From Candidatus Kerfeldbacteria bacterium (GTDB lineage Bacteria > Patescibacteriota > Patescibacteriia > SBBC01 > JACPUP01), in contig JACPUP010000029.1 in NCBI GenBank assembly GCA_016192205.1, positions 1 to 55,578 on the forward strand: a stretch of 55,578 nt of DNA, in the 5' to 3' direction. Of this stretch, positions 16,701 to 26,171 are shown in pieces; position 1 is the stretch's first letter; each line of letters begins with the position of its first letter. The notes below the pieces were generated by a model. It was not told the DNA's origin. It did not search any database and was given only the letters and a program-made list of their open reading frames with translations. A program made the translations under genes and the position numbers.

Positions 16701-17330
16701 ATGGCCCGCAACCTCGAACCAGCGTGTAAACAGTGCCGCCGCGTCGGCGAGAAACTCTTCTTGAAAGGGGAGAAGTGCTTTACGCCGAAATGTCCGGTTG
16801 TCCGACGCGCCTACCCACCCGGCATGCACGGCCAGCAGGCCACGAGCCGCCTGTCGAAGTACGGCACCCAGCTTCGCGAGAAGCAAAAGGCGAAGAAGAT
16901 GTACGGGCTCATGGAAAATCAGTTCCGGCTCTACTTTGCGCGGGCCGTCGCCAAGCCGGGTAATACCGGGGAACTCCTCCTGCGGATGCTCGAGCAGCGA
17001 CTCGATAATGTCGTGTACCGATTAGGCTTCGCCAAATCCCGCGCTGCCGCACGCCAAATGGTCCGGCATGGCCACCTGACCGTCAACGGTCAACACGTTG
17101 ATATTCCCTCCTACCAGGTGCAGGTCCAGGATGTGGTGGCCATTGCCGACGCCAAGAAATCGAAGGAGCGGTACGGTGATCTCGTCAAAGAGCTCGAACG
17201 CCACGAGCTCCCGGATTGGCTCGCGCTGGACAAGACCGCCCTGACCGGAACGGTCCAGACGGCGCCGTCCGTCGAATCGTTGCAGCAGAGCATCAAGGCT
17301 CAACTGGTCGTCGAATTCTACTCACGCTAA
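16701..17330 (+). CDS. rpsD: 30S ribosomal protein S4
   Basis: CKQCRRVGEKLFLKGEKC, YGTQLREKQK, and an S4 RNA-binding domain (RLDNVVYRLGFA). Confidence 0.95.
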   Translation: MARNLEPACKQCRRVGEKLFLKGEKCFTPKCPVVRRAYPPGMHGQQATSRLSKYGTQLREKQKAKKMYGLMENQFRLYFARAVAKPGNTGELLLRMLEQRLDNVVYRLGFAKSRAAARQMVRHGHLTVNGQHVDIPSYQVQVQDVVAIADAKKSKERYGDLVKELERHELPDWLALDKTALTGTVQTAPSVESLQQSIKAQLVVEFYSR

Positions 17331-17348
17331 TTTCTTCATTCTTGTCCT

Positions 17349-18128
17349 ATGCAGAGCATTCCCCTCCCCGCTAAGTGCGTCGTCAACGAAGACGGTAGCG
17401 ACCACGCGACGGTGGTCGTCGAGCCCTTGTACCCCGGGTACGGTGCGACGCTTGGGAATGCGTTGCGTCGCGTCCTCCTCTCGTCGTTGCCCGGCGCTGC
17501 CGTCACCGCCGTGAAAATCGCCAATGTTTTCCACGAATTCTCCACGCTGCCGCACGTCAAGGAAGACATCGTCGCGATCCTCTTGAATATCAAGCGGTTG
17601 CGCTTCAAGCTTAGAGGTGATGAACCGCTCGTGGCCACGCTCAAAGCCAAGGGAGAAAAAACCGTGACCGGCGCAGACTTGAAGCTGCCGACGAACCTCG
17701 AGCTCATCAATACCGACCAGCCTCTGGCGACGCTCACCGATAAGGCAGCGGCGTTCGAGCTCGAACTGACCGTGAACGCTGGTCGTGGGTACATTCCCGT
17801 GGAAAACCGTGAGAAAGAGCGCTGGGACATTGGCACGATTGCGGTCGACGCGGTCTATACGCCGATGCGGAATGTCAATTTTGAGGTCGAGCATGTGCGC
17901 GTTGAGCAAATGACCAACTACGACCGGCTGATCCTCGACGTACGGACCGATGGCACGATGTCACCAGCCGAAGCCATGCGCATCGCCGGCGGCATTCTCG
18001 TCGAGCACTTCCAGTTCGTTACCAACTCGCTGCCCGAGACTGGGGTTGAAGAAAAGGCACCGGCAAAACCCGTCAAGAAAAAGCCGACCAAGAAAACCGA
18101 GGGGGCGAACGAGGAAACGAGCGAATAA
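17349..18128 (+). CDS. rpoA: DNA-directed RNA polymerase alpha subunit, N-terminal domain only
   Basis: NTD motifs (EPLYPGYGATLGNALRRVLLSSLPG, YDRLILDV). 259 aa ending in a Lys-rich tail. rplQ starts 3 nt later, so there is no room for an alpha-CTD. Confidence 0.9.
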   Translation: MQSIPLPAKCVVNEDGSDHATVVVEPLYPGYGATLGNALRRVLLSSLPGAAVTAVKIANVFHEFSTLPHVKEDIVAILLNIKRLRFKLRGDEPLVATLKAKGEKTVTGADLKLPTNLELINTDQPLATLTDKAAAFELELTVNAGRGYIPVENREKERWDIGTIAVDAVYTPMRNVNFEVEHVRVEQMTNYDRLILDVRTDGTMSPAEAMRIAGGILVEHFQFVTNSLPETGVEEKAPAKPVKKKPTKKTEGANEETSE

Positions 18129-18131
18129 GCT

Positions 18132-18482
18132 ATGCGACATCGGAAGCATGGACGAATCTTGAGTCGAACGCCCGCCCACCGGCGCGCACTGGCGTCGGCG
18201 CTCACGCGCTCACTGATCGTGCGTGGTCATATCACCACGACGGTCGCGAAGGCCAAGGAAGTGCGTTCGACTGTCGAGCGCCTCATTTCGCTGGCTCGTA
18301 CGAATACGCTTCAGCGGCGGCGGATGATCCTGCAACGCCTCAATGATCGAACCACGACGAATGCGCTCTTGACGACCATCGGTCCGAAGTATGCCTCCCG
18401 ACCAGGTGGGTACACGCGGATCGTCAAACTCGGAACGCGCGCTGGCGATGGTGCGCCGCTCGCCCGGCTGGAGCTGGTGTAA
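18132..18482 (+). CDS. rplQ: 50S ribosomal protein L17
   Basis: MRHRKHGRILSRTPAHRRAL..., TTVAKAKEVR, GGYTRIVKLG. Confidence 0.93.
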   Translation: MRHRKHGRILSRTPAHRRALASALTRSLIVRGHITTTVAKAKEVRSTVERLISLARTNTLQRRRMILQRLNDRTTTNALLTTIGPKYASRPGGYTRIVKLGTRAGDGAPLARLELV

Positions 18483-18486
18483 TTCT

Positions 18487-18840
18487 ATGGCAACCCTCAC
18501 GGAGACCCTCGAATTTGACGCAACGAACCAGCCGCTCGGCCGGTTAGCAGCCACGGTTGCCAAAACCCTCCGCGGGAAGCACCGACCTGATTTCACTCCC
18601 CAGGCAGCGCCGCGTGTTCGCATCCGCGTCAAGCACGTCGAACACCTCGCGCTCTCCGCGCGCCGTCGAAGCGCGCACCGGTACCGTTACTCTGGGTACC
18701 CGGGAGGCTTGAAAGACGTCGCGTTCGGCAAAGCGTTTGCGCAAAATCCAGAACGGGTATTTCGCGCCGTCGTCCGCGCCATGCTGCCGGAAAATCGGTT
18801 GCGCCGCCACCTCCTTCGGAACCTGACCTTCAGCCACTGA
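18487..18840 (+). CDS. rplM: 50S ribosomal protein L13 (short)
   Basis: PLGRLAATVAKTLRGKHRPDFTP, YSGYPGGLK. Start re-set to ATG 18487. The ORF-track start at 18391 overlaps rplQ. Confidence 0.9.
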   Translation: MATLTETLEFDATNQPLGRLAATVAKTLRGKHRPDFTPQAAPRVRIRVKHVEHLALSARRRSAHRYRYSGYPGGLKDVAFGKAFAQNPERVFRAVVRAMLPENRLRRHLLRNLTFSH

Positions 18841-18844
18841 TTAT

Positions 18845-19372
18845 ATGCCAACGAAGACCACCGCGAAAAAGCGAAAGGCGCCCAGCCGGCCACGTGCGCG
18901 AAAAACCGTATCGAAGCCCAGCCTAGGCATCACGCCACCGGCGCGACCCGCACGTACCCCTGACAAGCCGAAAAGCACGAAGCGCACCTACCTCTACGCG
19001 GTTGGCCGCAGGAAATCCGCCGTTGCGCGCGTCCGATTCCAGGCGAACGACGGTGGAGCATTCACGGTGAACGGACTTCCCGTCGAGCAGTACTTCCCTC
19101 AGGTCGAGCTGCAGCAAATCGCCACGAGTCCATTGGAAACGATTGCCCGCAGCGTTGCCGGCTCCTTCAGCATCCGAACGCATGGCGGCGGAAAGCGGGG
19201 ACAAGCTGACGCGATTCGACTGGGTGTTGCTCGTGCCCTCGTCACCCACGACCCAGCGCTCCGGCCGACGATCAAACACGCCGGACACTTAACCCGTGAC
19301 CCGCGCGTGAAGGAACGGAAGAAATACGGTTTGAAGCGAGCCCGTCGCGCCCCGCAGTGGCAGAAACGGTAG
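18845..19372 (+). CDS. rpsI: 30S ribosomal protein S9 with Lys/Pro-rich N-terminal extension
   Basis: GRRKSAVARV, GGGKRGQADAIRLGVARAL, DPRVKERKKYGLKRARRAPQWQKR. Confidence 0.93.
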   Translation: MPTKTTAKKRKAPSRPRARKTVSKPSLGITPPARPARTPDKPKSTKRTYLYAVGRRKSAVARVRFQANDGGAFTVNGLPVEQYFPQVELQQIATSPLETIARSVAGSFSIRTHGGGKRGQADAIRLGVARALVTHDPALRPTIKHAGHLTRDPRVKERKKYGLKRARRAPQWQKR

Positions 19373-19402
19373 CGGGTCCCTTGTACGCGCGCTGCTGAAA
19401 TC

Positions 19403-20848
19403 ATGCCCGCGCCGGACCAACCACCAGGACAACTGACGAGGAATACCGCGTACCTGACGGTGGCTTCTATCGTCCAGAAAATCCTGGCCTTCGCGTACTT
19501 CGTCGTTTTCGCTAATCTCATCGGCACGCAGAACACCGGCTCGTTCTTCTTCGCGGTTTCTTTTGCGAACCTCTTCGGCATTTTCGTCGATCTGGGCTTC
19601 TCGCCGATGGTCATCCGCGATGTCGCGCGCGATCCGAGCCGGGCTCGAGCGATCTATTCTGCCGTCATGCGGTTCAAGGTCTGGACAGCGATCACCACCA
19701 CCGTGGCTCTCGTTGGCATCGCACCGTTCATCATTCATGATGCGTTAACGCGTTGGTTGCTCGTCCTGGCGGCGCTCGTGATGGTTTTCGAATCCTTTGC
19801 GCTGACAGCGTACGGCGTCCTGCGCGGGCTGCAACGGTTACGATTCGAGGCGGTTGGATCGACCATCAGCCAAGTGCTCATCTTGCTCGTGGGCGTGACC
19901 GGGCTCGTCGCCACCCGACAACCCATCTGGCTTGGGATTGCGCTGCTGGCGGCCAGCCTCTTCAACGTGACGTACGCGACGACGCGGCTCCGGGCGGCGC
20001 TCCCGCCCAGCGCTGGCACGGGACCGGCCGGCTTACCCTGGAGCAAACGCGCGATGAGCCCGTTCTTCCTCTCGGGCCTCTTCGTCAGGGTCTACGCGTA
20101 CGTCGACACCGTCTTGGTCGGACTGCTCTCGACCAGCCACTACGTTGGTCTCTATGGGGCCGCCTACCGCATCACGTACGCGCTCCAGTTCCTCCCCGTC
20201 GCGTTCAACACAAGCGTGTACCCAGCGTTGAGCCAAGCGTTTGAGCTGTCGCGTGAACGCTTGGAGCACCTCATTGTGCTCTCGCTGCGTGGCTTGTCCT
20301 TCCTAAGCTTTCCGATCGCAGCGCTCATCATCGTCCACGCCCGACCCATCCTCGCACTGATCACGCCTGAATTCGTCGACGCCGCACTCGCACTGCAAAT
20401 CTCCATCGCGAGCGTCCCGTTCCTCTTCATCAACCTGTTCCTCACCTCCCTCCTGAACGCAATGAATCGTCAGGTGAACAATACGATCGGGCTGGGCGGC
20501 GTGGTGACGGTGAATGTCCTGCTCAACCTCATGCTCATTCCGCAGTGGCAGCACGTTGGCGCGAGCATTGCCGCACTCGCGAGCGCGATCACCTTCACCG
20601 TGTACGGATTCATCGCGGCGCGCGATCGTATCGCGTGGCGGAGTCTCGGTGCCTTCGCAGTCCGACTCGGCCTCGCCACCGCAGCGATGACGCTGGTCTC
20701 GCTGGTGCTGGTCGATCGCCTTCCCGTTCTCGTGTCGTTGGCTTTGGGTGGGGGAGTCTACGTCATCGGCAGCATGCTCGCGCGAAGCATCAGCCGGTCG
20801 GAGTTGGCACTGCTCGTGCGGCAGCTTCGGCAGCGGGGAAGCGTATGA
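19403..20848 (+). CDS. MOP-superfamily oligo/polysaccharide flippase (Wzx-like)
   Basis: 481 aa and about 12-14 TM. The N-terminal pattern resembles polysaccharide-biosynthesis (Wzx) proteins rather than MurJ. The stop overlaps the next ATG (ATGA). Confidence 0.75.
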   Translation: MPAPDQPPGQLTRNTAYLTVASIVQKILAFAYFVVFANLIGTQNTGSFFFAVSFANLFGIFVDLGFSPMVIRDVARDPSRARAIYSAVMRFKVWTAITTTVALVGIAPFIIHDALTRWLLVLAALVMVFESFALTAYGVLRGLQRLRFEAVGSTISQVLILLVGVTGLVATRQPIWLGIALLAASLFNVTYATTRLRAALPPSAGTGPAGLPWSKRAMSPFFLSGLFVRVYAYVDTVLVGLLSTSHYVGLYGAAYRITYALQFLPVAFNTSVYPALSQAFELSRERLEHLIVLSLRGLSFLSFPIAALIIVHARPILALITPEFVDAALALQISIASVPFLFINLFLTSLLNAMNRQVNNTIGLGGVVTVNVLLNLMLIPQWQHVGASIAALASAITFTVYGFIAARDRIAWRSLGAFAVRLGLATAAMTLVSLVLVDRLPVLVSLALGGGVYVIGSMLARSISRSELALLVRQLRQRGSV

Positions 20849-23628
20849 AGCGCGTCGTCCTCGTTGCAGCATTCTTTCCCCCTGACCGAGGCGGTATTGA
20901 AGCAACGGCCGAGACGATCGCTCGGCACTTCGCTGACCGGTGCACGGTCGTGGCGCCACCCCACGACGCTGCCCGGCGCTACGACGGGGAACAGGCGTTC
21001 CGCGTTCGCCGCATGCCAATCTTCGAGCGAGGGCAATGGCCGAGTTGGCGCCGGTTCGCCTCCAGACTCGCCGCCGTCTGCGTGGAAGAGCGCGCCGACC
21101 TTGTCCTCTTTGCCCACTACGCGCCGTACGTGTGGGCTGGCCGCTGGCTGCACCGTGCGCTGGGAGTCCAGACAGCGGTCTACCTCCACGGCTTTGATTT
21201 TCTCGCCTACACGCCTTCTCCGGCGCATCGTCTCCTGCTGCGACGCAGTCTGCGCGAAACCGGGTCGGTTCTCGTCAATAGCCAGTGGACCTCACGCCAA
21301 CTGGCACCGTATCTGCCCATCCACCGGCACGGCTTGCTCTATCCGCCGGTCGCCGCGAACCGCTGCCCGGTCACACCGGTTCCCGCCACGCACACCGTAA
21401 CTTCGCTGGGGCGCTGGACGAGCATCAAAGGGTACGATACGGCCATCGCCGCCGTGAGCAAGCTCCGTCCGCACTACCCCGACGTTTCTTACCGCCTCTT
21501 GGGCAGCGGTCCGGCCGAACCGTCATATCGTGCGCTCATACGGCGCCTTGGCATCGAGGCGAACGTCTCGTTGGAACCCGCGTCCGATGAACGCGACCGG
21601 TGCGAAGCGTTGGCCGCAAGTTCCATTTTTCTCCAACCGAGCCGCAGTCTGCTCCATCCAACCTACGTCCAGGAAGAGAGTTTTGGCGTTGCCGCGCTCG
21701 AAGCCAATGCGGCCGGCCGACCCGTCGTCGCCTCGCGCGTCGGCGGGGTTCCGGAAGCAGTGGTCGACGGCGTGACCGGCATCTTGGTTCCGCCTGACGA
21801 CCCGACCGCCCTGGCGGACGCAATCGCGGCCCTGTGGGAGCAACCAACGATGCTCCGGGCAATGGCCGCACAAGGGCCCGAGCACGTCCGCCGGACGTTC
21901 GGGACCGAGCGGTTCGTCGCGCGGCTGGAACGGCTGCTCGGATTGATGACGGACCGACCGCGCGTGTCCATTTGCATCCCGGCGCGCAACGCTGCCCGCA
22001 CGCTCGGCGCAACGCTCGATTCTCTCCTGACGCAAGACTACCCGAACCTCGAGTGGATTGTGGTGGATGATCAGTCCACCGACGCCACGCCAGCCATTGC
22101 CACCCGTGACCCGCGGGTCCGACTCGTCCGAGGGGAGGCGCGCGGTGCAGCTGCTGCTCGCAACCTCGCGGCCCGTCACGCCTCCGGCGAATTCCTCTAC
22201 TTCTCCGACGATGACTGCGTGCACCGGCTCGACGCCATCCGAACCCTCGTTGACGCGCTCGAACGCCAGCCGTCAGCCGCCTTTGCGTACTCGTCGTTCC
22301 GCTTGGGCTGGAAAACGTTCAAGCTTCGACCGTTTGATCTGGCTGCGCTCCGCGAGCGGAACTACATCTCGACCCGTGCGCTCATCCGCCGGAGAGACTT
22401 TCCGGGGTTCGATGAGTCGTTGCAGCGGCTCCAGGATTGGGACTTGTGGTTGCGCATGGGAGCGCAAGGCCGGCCCGGGATCTGGGTCAACGAAGCGTTG
22501 TATCGCCAGGACCCGGGATCGAACTCGATGAGCAGCCGCTGGTTCCCCAAGTTCCTGTACCGTTTTCCGCGGCTGGCTGATCGGCTGTCGCGCGGCGCGG
22601 GCATGAGCCTGCGCGAAGCAGAAGCCATTGTGCTCCGAAAACACCCGGCGCGCCTTCCGCTGTCGCCAACCGAACAGTGGTCCTGTCCACGCTGTCGCCG
22701 AACGCTCCCAACGCAGTTCCCGGCCGTGTGTCCGCGCTGTCAAGTGCGATTTGCAACCGTCCATGGCATTCCCGTTTTCCTCCATCCTGCCTACTTCGAC
22801 ACCTTTAAGCAAACCGAGGTGGCTGCGCACAGCCACGACCCAGAGCCAGGAGCAAACCGCATCGCGCCGCGCAACCGCCACTACCACCAGCAGCCAAAGC
22901 GGCGATTACTCGATGCACCGACCCGCAGCCACGTCCTCGAAGTCGCGTGCGGAAACCGGCCTGACAGTTTTGAACTTGCCCAGCACGGGCTGTTCGTGAC
23001 TGCGACAGACATTGCCCTAGCGAGGGTGGAGCGCGCTCGGGAAGCAGCGCGTCAGTTGGGCCTGTCCCATCGAATGCGCTTCGCTGTCGCGGACGCAGAG
23101 CATCTTCCATTTCTGAATCGCCAGTTCGATGCCGTGCTCACCGCCGCCTCCTTCCACCACTTTCCCCACCCAGCGAACGCCCTGCGCGAACTGCGCCGCG
23201 TCGTCCGCCCGGGCGGCCTGATCGTCCTGGAGCTCGAGCCCCAACGCTGGCCCTACCGGACGGTGTTCCGGCTCCTCGGTCCGCTGCGCCGCGTGTTCCG
23301 CAACCAGGAGCACGGTGTCCAGCATTCGCTCGGCGATGACACCACCCAAGGGTTCACCGCGGCGGAATTGCGCGCACTCTGCCGAAACGCGAACCTCGAA
23401 GTCCTCTCCCTCCGTCCGGCGAAAATCCTGACAGAGCTCGCCGATCAGACGACGCGTTTCCTCGCGAAAGCGTTGGGCCGAACCTGGGACACCCCCCATC
23501 TTCTTCTGACCGTCTTGAGCCTGGCCGATCGCGTCCTCGAGCACAGCCCCGGCGTGAACCGGGTGAGCTGGCATTGGAATCTCGTGGCCCGCGTCCGCGA
23601 GGAGAGCCAGGAATCGGCGCAGGCTTGA
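20845..23628 (+). CDS. Tri-functional fusion: GT4 glycosyltransferase + GT2 glycosyltransferase + Zn-ribbon + class I SAM methyltransferase
   Basis: Start re-set to ATG 20845 (MKRVVLVAAFFPP). GT4 motif: EESFGVAALEANAAGRPVVASRVGGVPE. GT2: VSICIPARN...VVDDQSTD...FSDDDC. Zn-ribbon: CPRC...CPRC. MTase: VLEVACG...VVRPGGLIVLE. Confidence 0.85.
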   Translation: MKRVVLVAAFFPPDRGGIEATAETIARHFADRCTVVAPPHDAARRYDGEQAFRVRRMPIFERGQWPSWRRFASRLAAVCVEERADLVLFAHYAPYVWAGRWLHRALGVQTAVYLHGFDFLAYTPSPAHRLLLRRSLRETGSVLVNSQWTSRQLAPYLPIHRHGLLYPPVAANRCPVTPVPATHTVTSLGRWTSIKGYDTAIAAVSKLRPHYPDVSYRLLGSGPAEPSYRALIRRLGIEANVSLEPASDERDRCEALAASSIFLQPSRSLLHPTYVQEESFGVAALEANAAGRPVVASRVGGVPEAVVDGVTGILVPPDDPTALADAIAALWEQPTMLRAMAAQGPEHVRRTFGTERFVARLERLLGLMTDRPRVSICIPARNAARTLGATLDSLLTQDYPNLEWIVVDDQSTDATPAIATRDPRVRLVRGEARGAAAARNLAARHASGEFLYFSDDDCVHRLDAIRTLVDALERQPSAAFAYSSFRLGWKTFKLRPFDLAALRERNYISTRALIRRRDFPGFDESLQRLQDWDLWLRMGAQGRPGIWVNEALYRQDPGSNSMSSRWFPKFLYRFPRLADRLSRGAGMSLREAEAIVLRKHPARLPLSPTEQWSCPRCRRTLPTQFPAVCPRCQVRFATVHGIPVFLHPAYFDTFKQTEVAAHSHDPEPGANRIAPRNRHYHQQPKRRLLDAPTRSHVLEVACGNRPDSFELAQHGLFVTATDIALARVERAREAARQLGLSHRMRFAVADAEHLPFLNRQFDAVLTAASFHHFPHPANALRELRRVVRPGGLIVLELEPQRWPYRTVFRLLGPLRRVFRNQEHGVQHSLGDDTTQGFTAAELRALCRNANLEVLSLRPAKILTELADQTTRFLAKALGRTWDTPHLLLTVLSLADRVLEHSPGVNRVSWHWNLVARVREESQESAQA

Positions 23629-23703
23629 TGGGGAAGGCGAGAGTATGCACAATACAGGCGCCTCCGAATCCATCGTAACCTCCGTGTTGCCTGACCGAAA
23701 CGA

Positions 23704-25185
23704 ATGATTGACCGGCGCTTCCTCTTCTTCATGACCCTCGTGCTCGTGGCCAACGAGCTCGTGTCGTTTGCGGTCTCGCAGAATACCGTTGCGGGCGTCG
23801 CAGCCTTTTTCGTCATCTCCGCGATGTTCCTCGCCATTGCACTGCTCTCAACCGACTTTGCCCTGCTCATCGTCATCGCTGAACTCGTCGTGGGCGGTAA
23901 GGGCTACCTCTACCACTTCGCGGTTGGTTCGTTCGACGTCTCGATCCGACTCTCGCTGTTCGTCATCCTGCTGATCGTGTGGTTGCTCAAACGGCGCTAC
24001 AAGAAACTCTCGTTCTTTACGTCCGTCCAGCCCTACACCGCGTACCTCATCGCTCTCGCCTCCATTGTCATCCTGGGCTTTCTGAACGCGCTCGTGCACG
24101 GCTACCCGTTCGCCCGCATCTTCTTCGATGTCAACGCGTACCTGTACTTTCTCCTCGCCCCGGTCATTTTCACGAGCTTGGAGAAGCCAGAGCAACGCCG
24201 GAAGCTCTACAACGTCTTCTTCAGCGGCATTCTCCTGGTCGGGCTGAAGAGTTTGGTCGTGCTCGGCATCTTCACCCACTACGGCCTGTCAACGGTGCGG
24301 CCGCTCTACTCGTGGATTCGCGACACCGGCGTGGGAGAGGTGGCGCACATCTTCGCGAACTTTTACCGCGTGTTCTTCCAGAGCCAGATCTTCGGCTTGG
24401 TCGGGTTCTTGATTGCCTTCGGCGTCTTAGCCATGCGTTTGCTCCGTGAACGGCACGACGACCGAGGCGGGCTGTACGTCATTTCCCTCGCCGGCGTCGT
24501 TGCCATCCTCGTGAGCCTGTCGCGGAGCTTCTGGGTTGGCGCAGCTGCCAGTCTCATCGTCGGCGCGCTCATCCTTATCCGCTACCGCTACGGTTGGCGG
24601 CGCGGGTTCCTCACCCTCGGCTTGCTGGCGTCCCTGGGCGCGCTCGCGACCGGGCTCATCTCCTGGAGCATGTCCTTCCCGCTGCCGTTCCCCACGGGCG
24701 GCGAACCTTCCGGCGGACAAGCACTCGTGCGTGAGCGGTTCAGCCAGAACCAGCCAGCGGTCGATTCCCGCCGGGCGCTGCTGCCGGCCATGTTCACGCG
24801 CATCGGCCAGCACCCGGCCATCGGAACAGGTTTTGGCAGCACCATCACGTACTCCTCCTCTGATCCGCGGATTGCCAGGGATGGAAAGCCGGCGCGCTTC
24901 ACCACGTCCGCGTTCGAATGGGGCTGGCTCGACATCGCGGTCAAAATGGGACTCGTCGGTGTCATCATCTACATCATTTTCCTCAAACGGCTCATCCACG
25001 ACTGCGCCCTGCGGCTGCGGGCACTCCGGGACGAGGTCAGCGCTGTCAGCTTCGGCCTGCTCCTTGCCTTGATCGGGCTGGCGGTGACGCACGTGTTCAG
25101 TCCCTACCTCAACCACCCGCTCGGCATCGGCATTGTCCTCTTGAGTGCAGCGCTACTACGGGCGATGCCCGTGAAGACCGTATGA
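23704..25185 (+). CDS. O-antigen ligase/polymerase-like (Wzy_C-type) polytopic membrane protein
   Basis: About 10-12 TM helices. LVSLSRSFWVG motif, followed by a periplasmic loop. Confidence 0.7.
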   Translation: MIDRRFLFFMTLVLVANELVSFAVSQNTVAGVAAFFVISAMFLAIALLSTDFALLIVIAELVVGGKGYLYHFAVGSFDVSIRLSLFVILLIVWLLKRRYKKLSFFTSVQPYTAYLIALASIVILGFLNALVHGYPFARIFFDVNAYLYFLLAPVIFTSLEKPEQRRKLYNVFFSGILLVGLKSLVVLGIFTHYGLSTVRPLYSWIRDTGVGEVAHIFANFYRVFFQSQIFGLVGFLIAFGVLAMRLLRERHDDRGGLYVISLAGVVAILVSLSRSFWVGAAASLIVGALILIRYRYGWRRGFLTLGLLASLGALATGLISWSMSFPLPFPTGGEPSGGQALVRERFSQNQPAVDSRRALLPAMFTRIGQHPAIGTGFGSTITYSSSDPRIARDGKPARFTTSAFEWGWLDIAVKMGLVGVIIYIIFLKRLIHDCALRLRALRDEVSAVSFGLLLALIGLAVTHVFSPYLNHPLGIGIVLLSAALLRAMPVKTV

Positions 25186-26171
25186 GCGCTGCGGTGACGG
25201 TCAGCATGGTGACTTGGAACAGTGCCAAGGTCATCCGCGACTGCCTCCTCAGCCTGGCCGCGCAAACGTTTCAGGATTTTTCCGTGACGGTCGTCGACAA
25301 CGGTTCCATCGACCACACGGTGACCGTCGTACGCGAAACCTTTCCCCCGGCGTCACTCATCCAGAAACGGAGGAACATGGGGTTCGGCGCAGCGCACAAC
25401 CAAGCGCTGCGCATTTCTCGCTCGCCGCTGGTCCTGTGCCTGAATCCGGACACAATCCTCGAGCCATCGGCGCTGGCACTCCTGGTCGAGACCATGCAAC
25501 GCCAGGCGCGCGCCGGGGCGGTCGGTCCGAAGCTCCGGCGCTCTCGTCGCGGAGCGTCCGAGTTCGATCTGGTCGAGCGGCTCACCGCGCTCGATTCGAC
25601 CGGCATCGTCCGCGACCGGTCAGGCGCCGTCCGTGACCGCGGCGCCGGCGAGGAGGACACCGGCCAGTACGACCGCGCCGAGCCCATGTTCGCACTGAGC
25701 GCGGCGTGCTGTCTCTATCGCCGTGCGGCACTCGAAGACATTAGGTTCCGCGACGAGTTCTTCGATGCAGATTTCTTCATGTACAAAGAGGATGTCGACC
25801 TCTCGTGGCGGTTCCGTCACCGCGGGTGGACCTGCTGGTACGAACCGCGCGCGGTTGTCTTCCATGCCCGCAGCGGACTCCCACCGGCAGCGCGGAACAG
25901 TCCCCGAGCGCAGCGCCAACTGCGGCTCGCCCGCCCCCTCCATCTTCGCCAGCGCTCGTACCGGAATCACTTCCTCGTCGCATACAAAAACCAGCCGTTC
26001 GGCGACCTGCTCAGGCGGCTGCCCTGGACCATTCCGTACGAGGTTGGTAAATTCTTCTTTCTCCTCGGCACCGAGCCGCGGACGTTGGCAGGATTGGGCC
26101 AGGCCGTCGCAGCCCTCCCGCGCCTCTGGCCGAAACGTCAACACATCCTTCGCCAGCGCCAGACCGCATGA
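25182..26171 (+). CDS. Family 2 glycosyltransferase
   Basis: Start re-set to ATG 25182 (ATGA overlap). VSMVTWNS...VVDNGSIDHT...NMGFGAAHNQ...LNPDT. Confidence 0.85.
   Translation: MSAAVTVSMVTWNSAKVIRDCLLSLAAQTFQDFSVTVVDNGSIDHTVTVVRETFPPASLIQKRRNMGFGAAHNQALRISRSPLVLCLNPDTILEPSALALLVETMQRQARAGAVGPKLRRSRRGASEFDLVERLTALDSTGIVRDRSGAVRDRGAGEEDTGQYDRAEPMFALSAACCLYRRAALEDIRFRDEFFDADFFMYKEDVDLSWRFRHRGWTCWYEPRAVVFHARSGLPPAARNSPRAQRQLRLARPLHLRQRSYRNHFLVAYKNQPFGDLLRRLPWTIPYEVGKFFFLLGTEPRTLAGLGQAVAALPRLWPKRQHILRQRQTA

Noticed and set aside
20545-20844. N-terminal over-extensions in the ORF track: 20545-20844, 9186-9371, 18391-18486, 24918-25181, 32072-32215, 34668-34949, 38427-38579, 40822-41022, 42446-42535, 45923-45967, 52555-52743, 51278-51430 on the minus strand, and TTG 83.
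   Set aside because: The extended segments overlap the preceding gene in a different frame and are Arg/Ser/Pro-rich nonsense. Each contains an internal ATG or GTG at a stop-start overlap (ATGA) or just after the upstream stop. That internal start is followed at once by the family-typical N-terminus.
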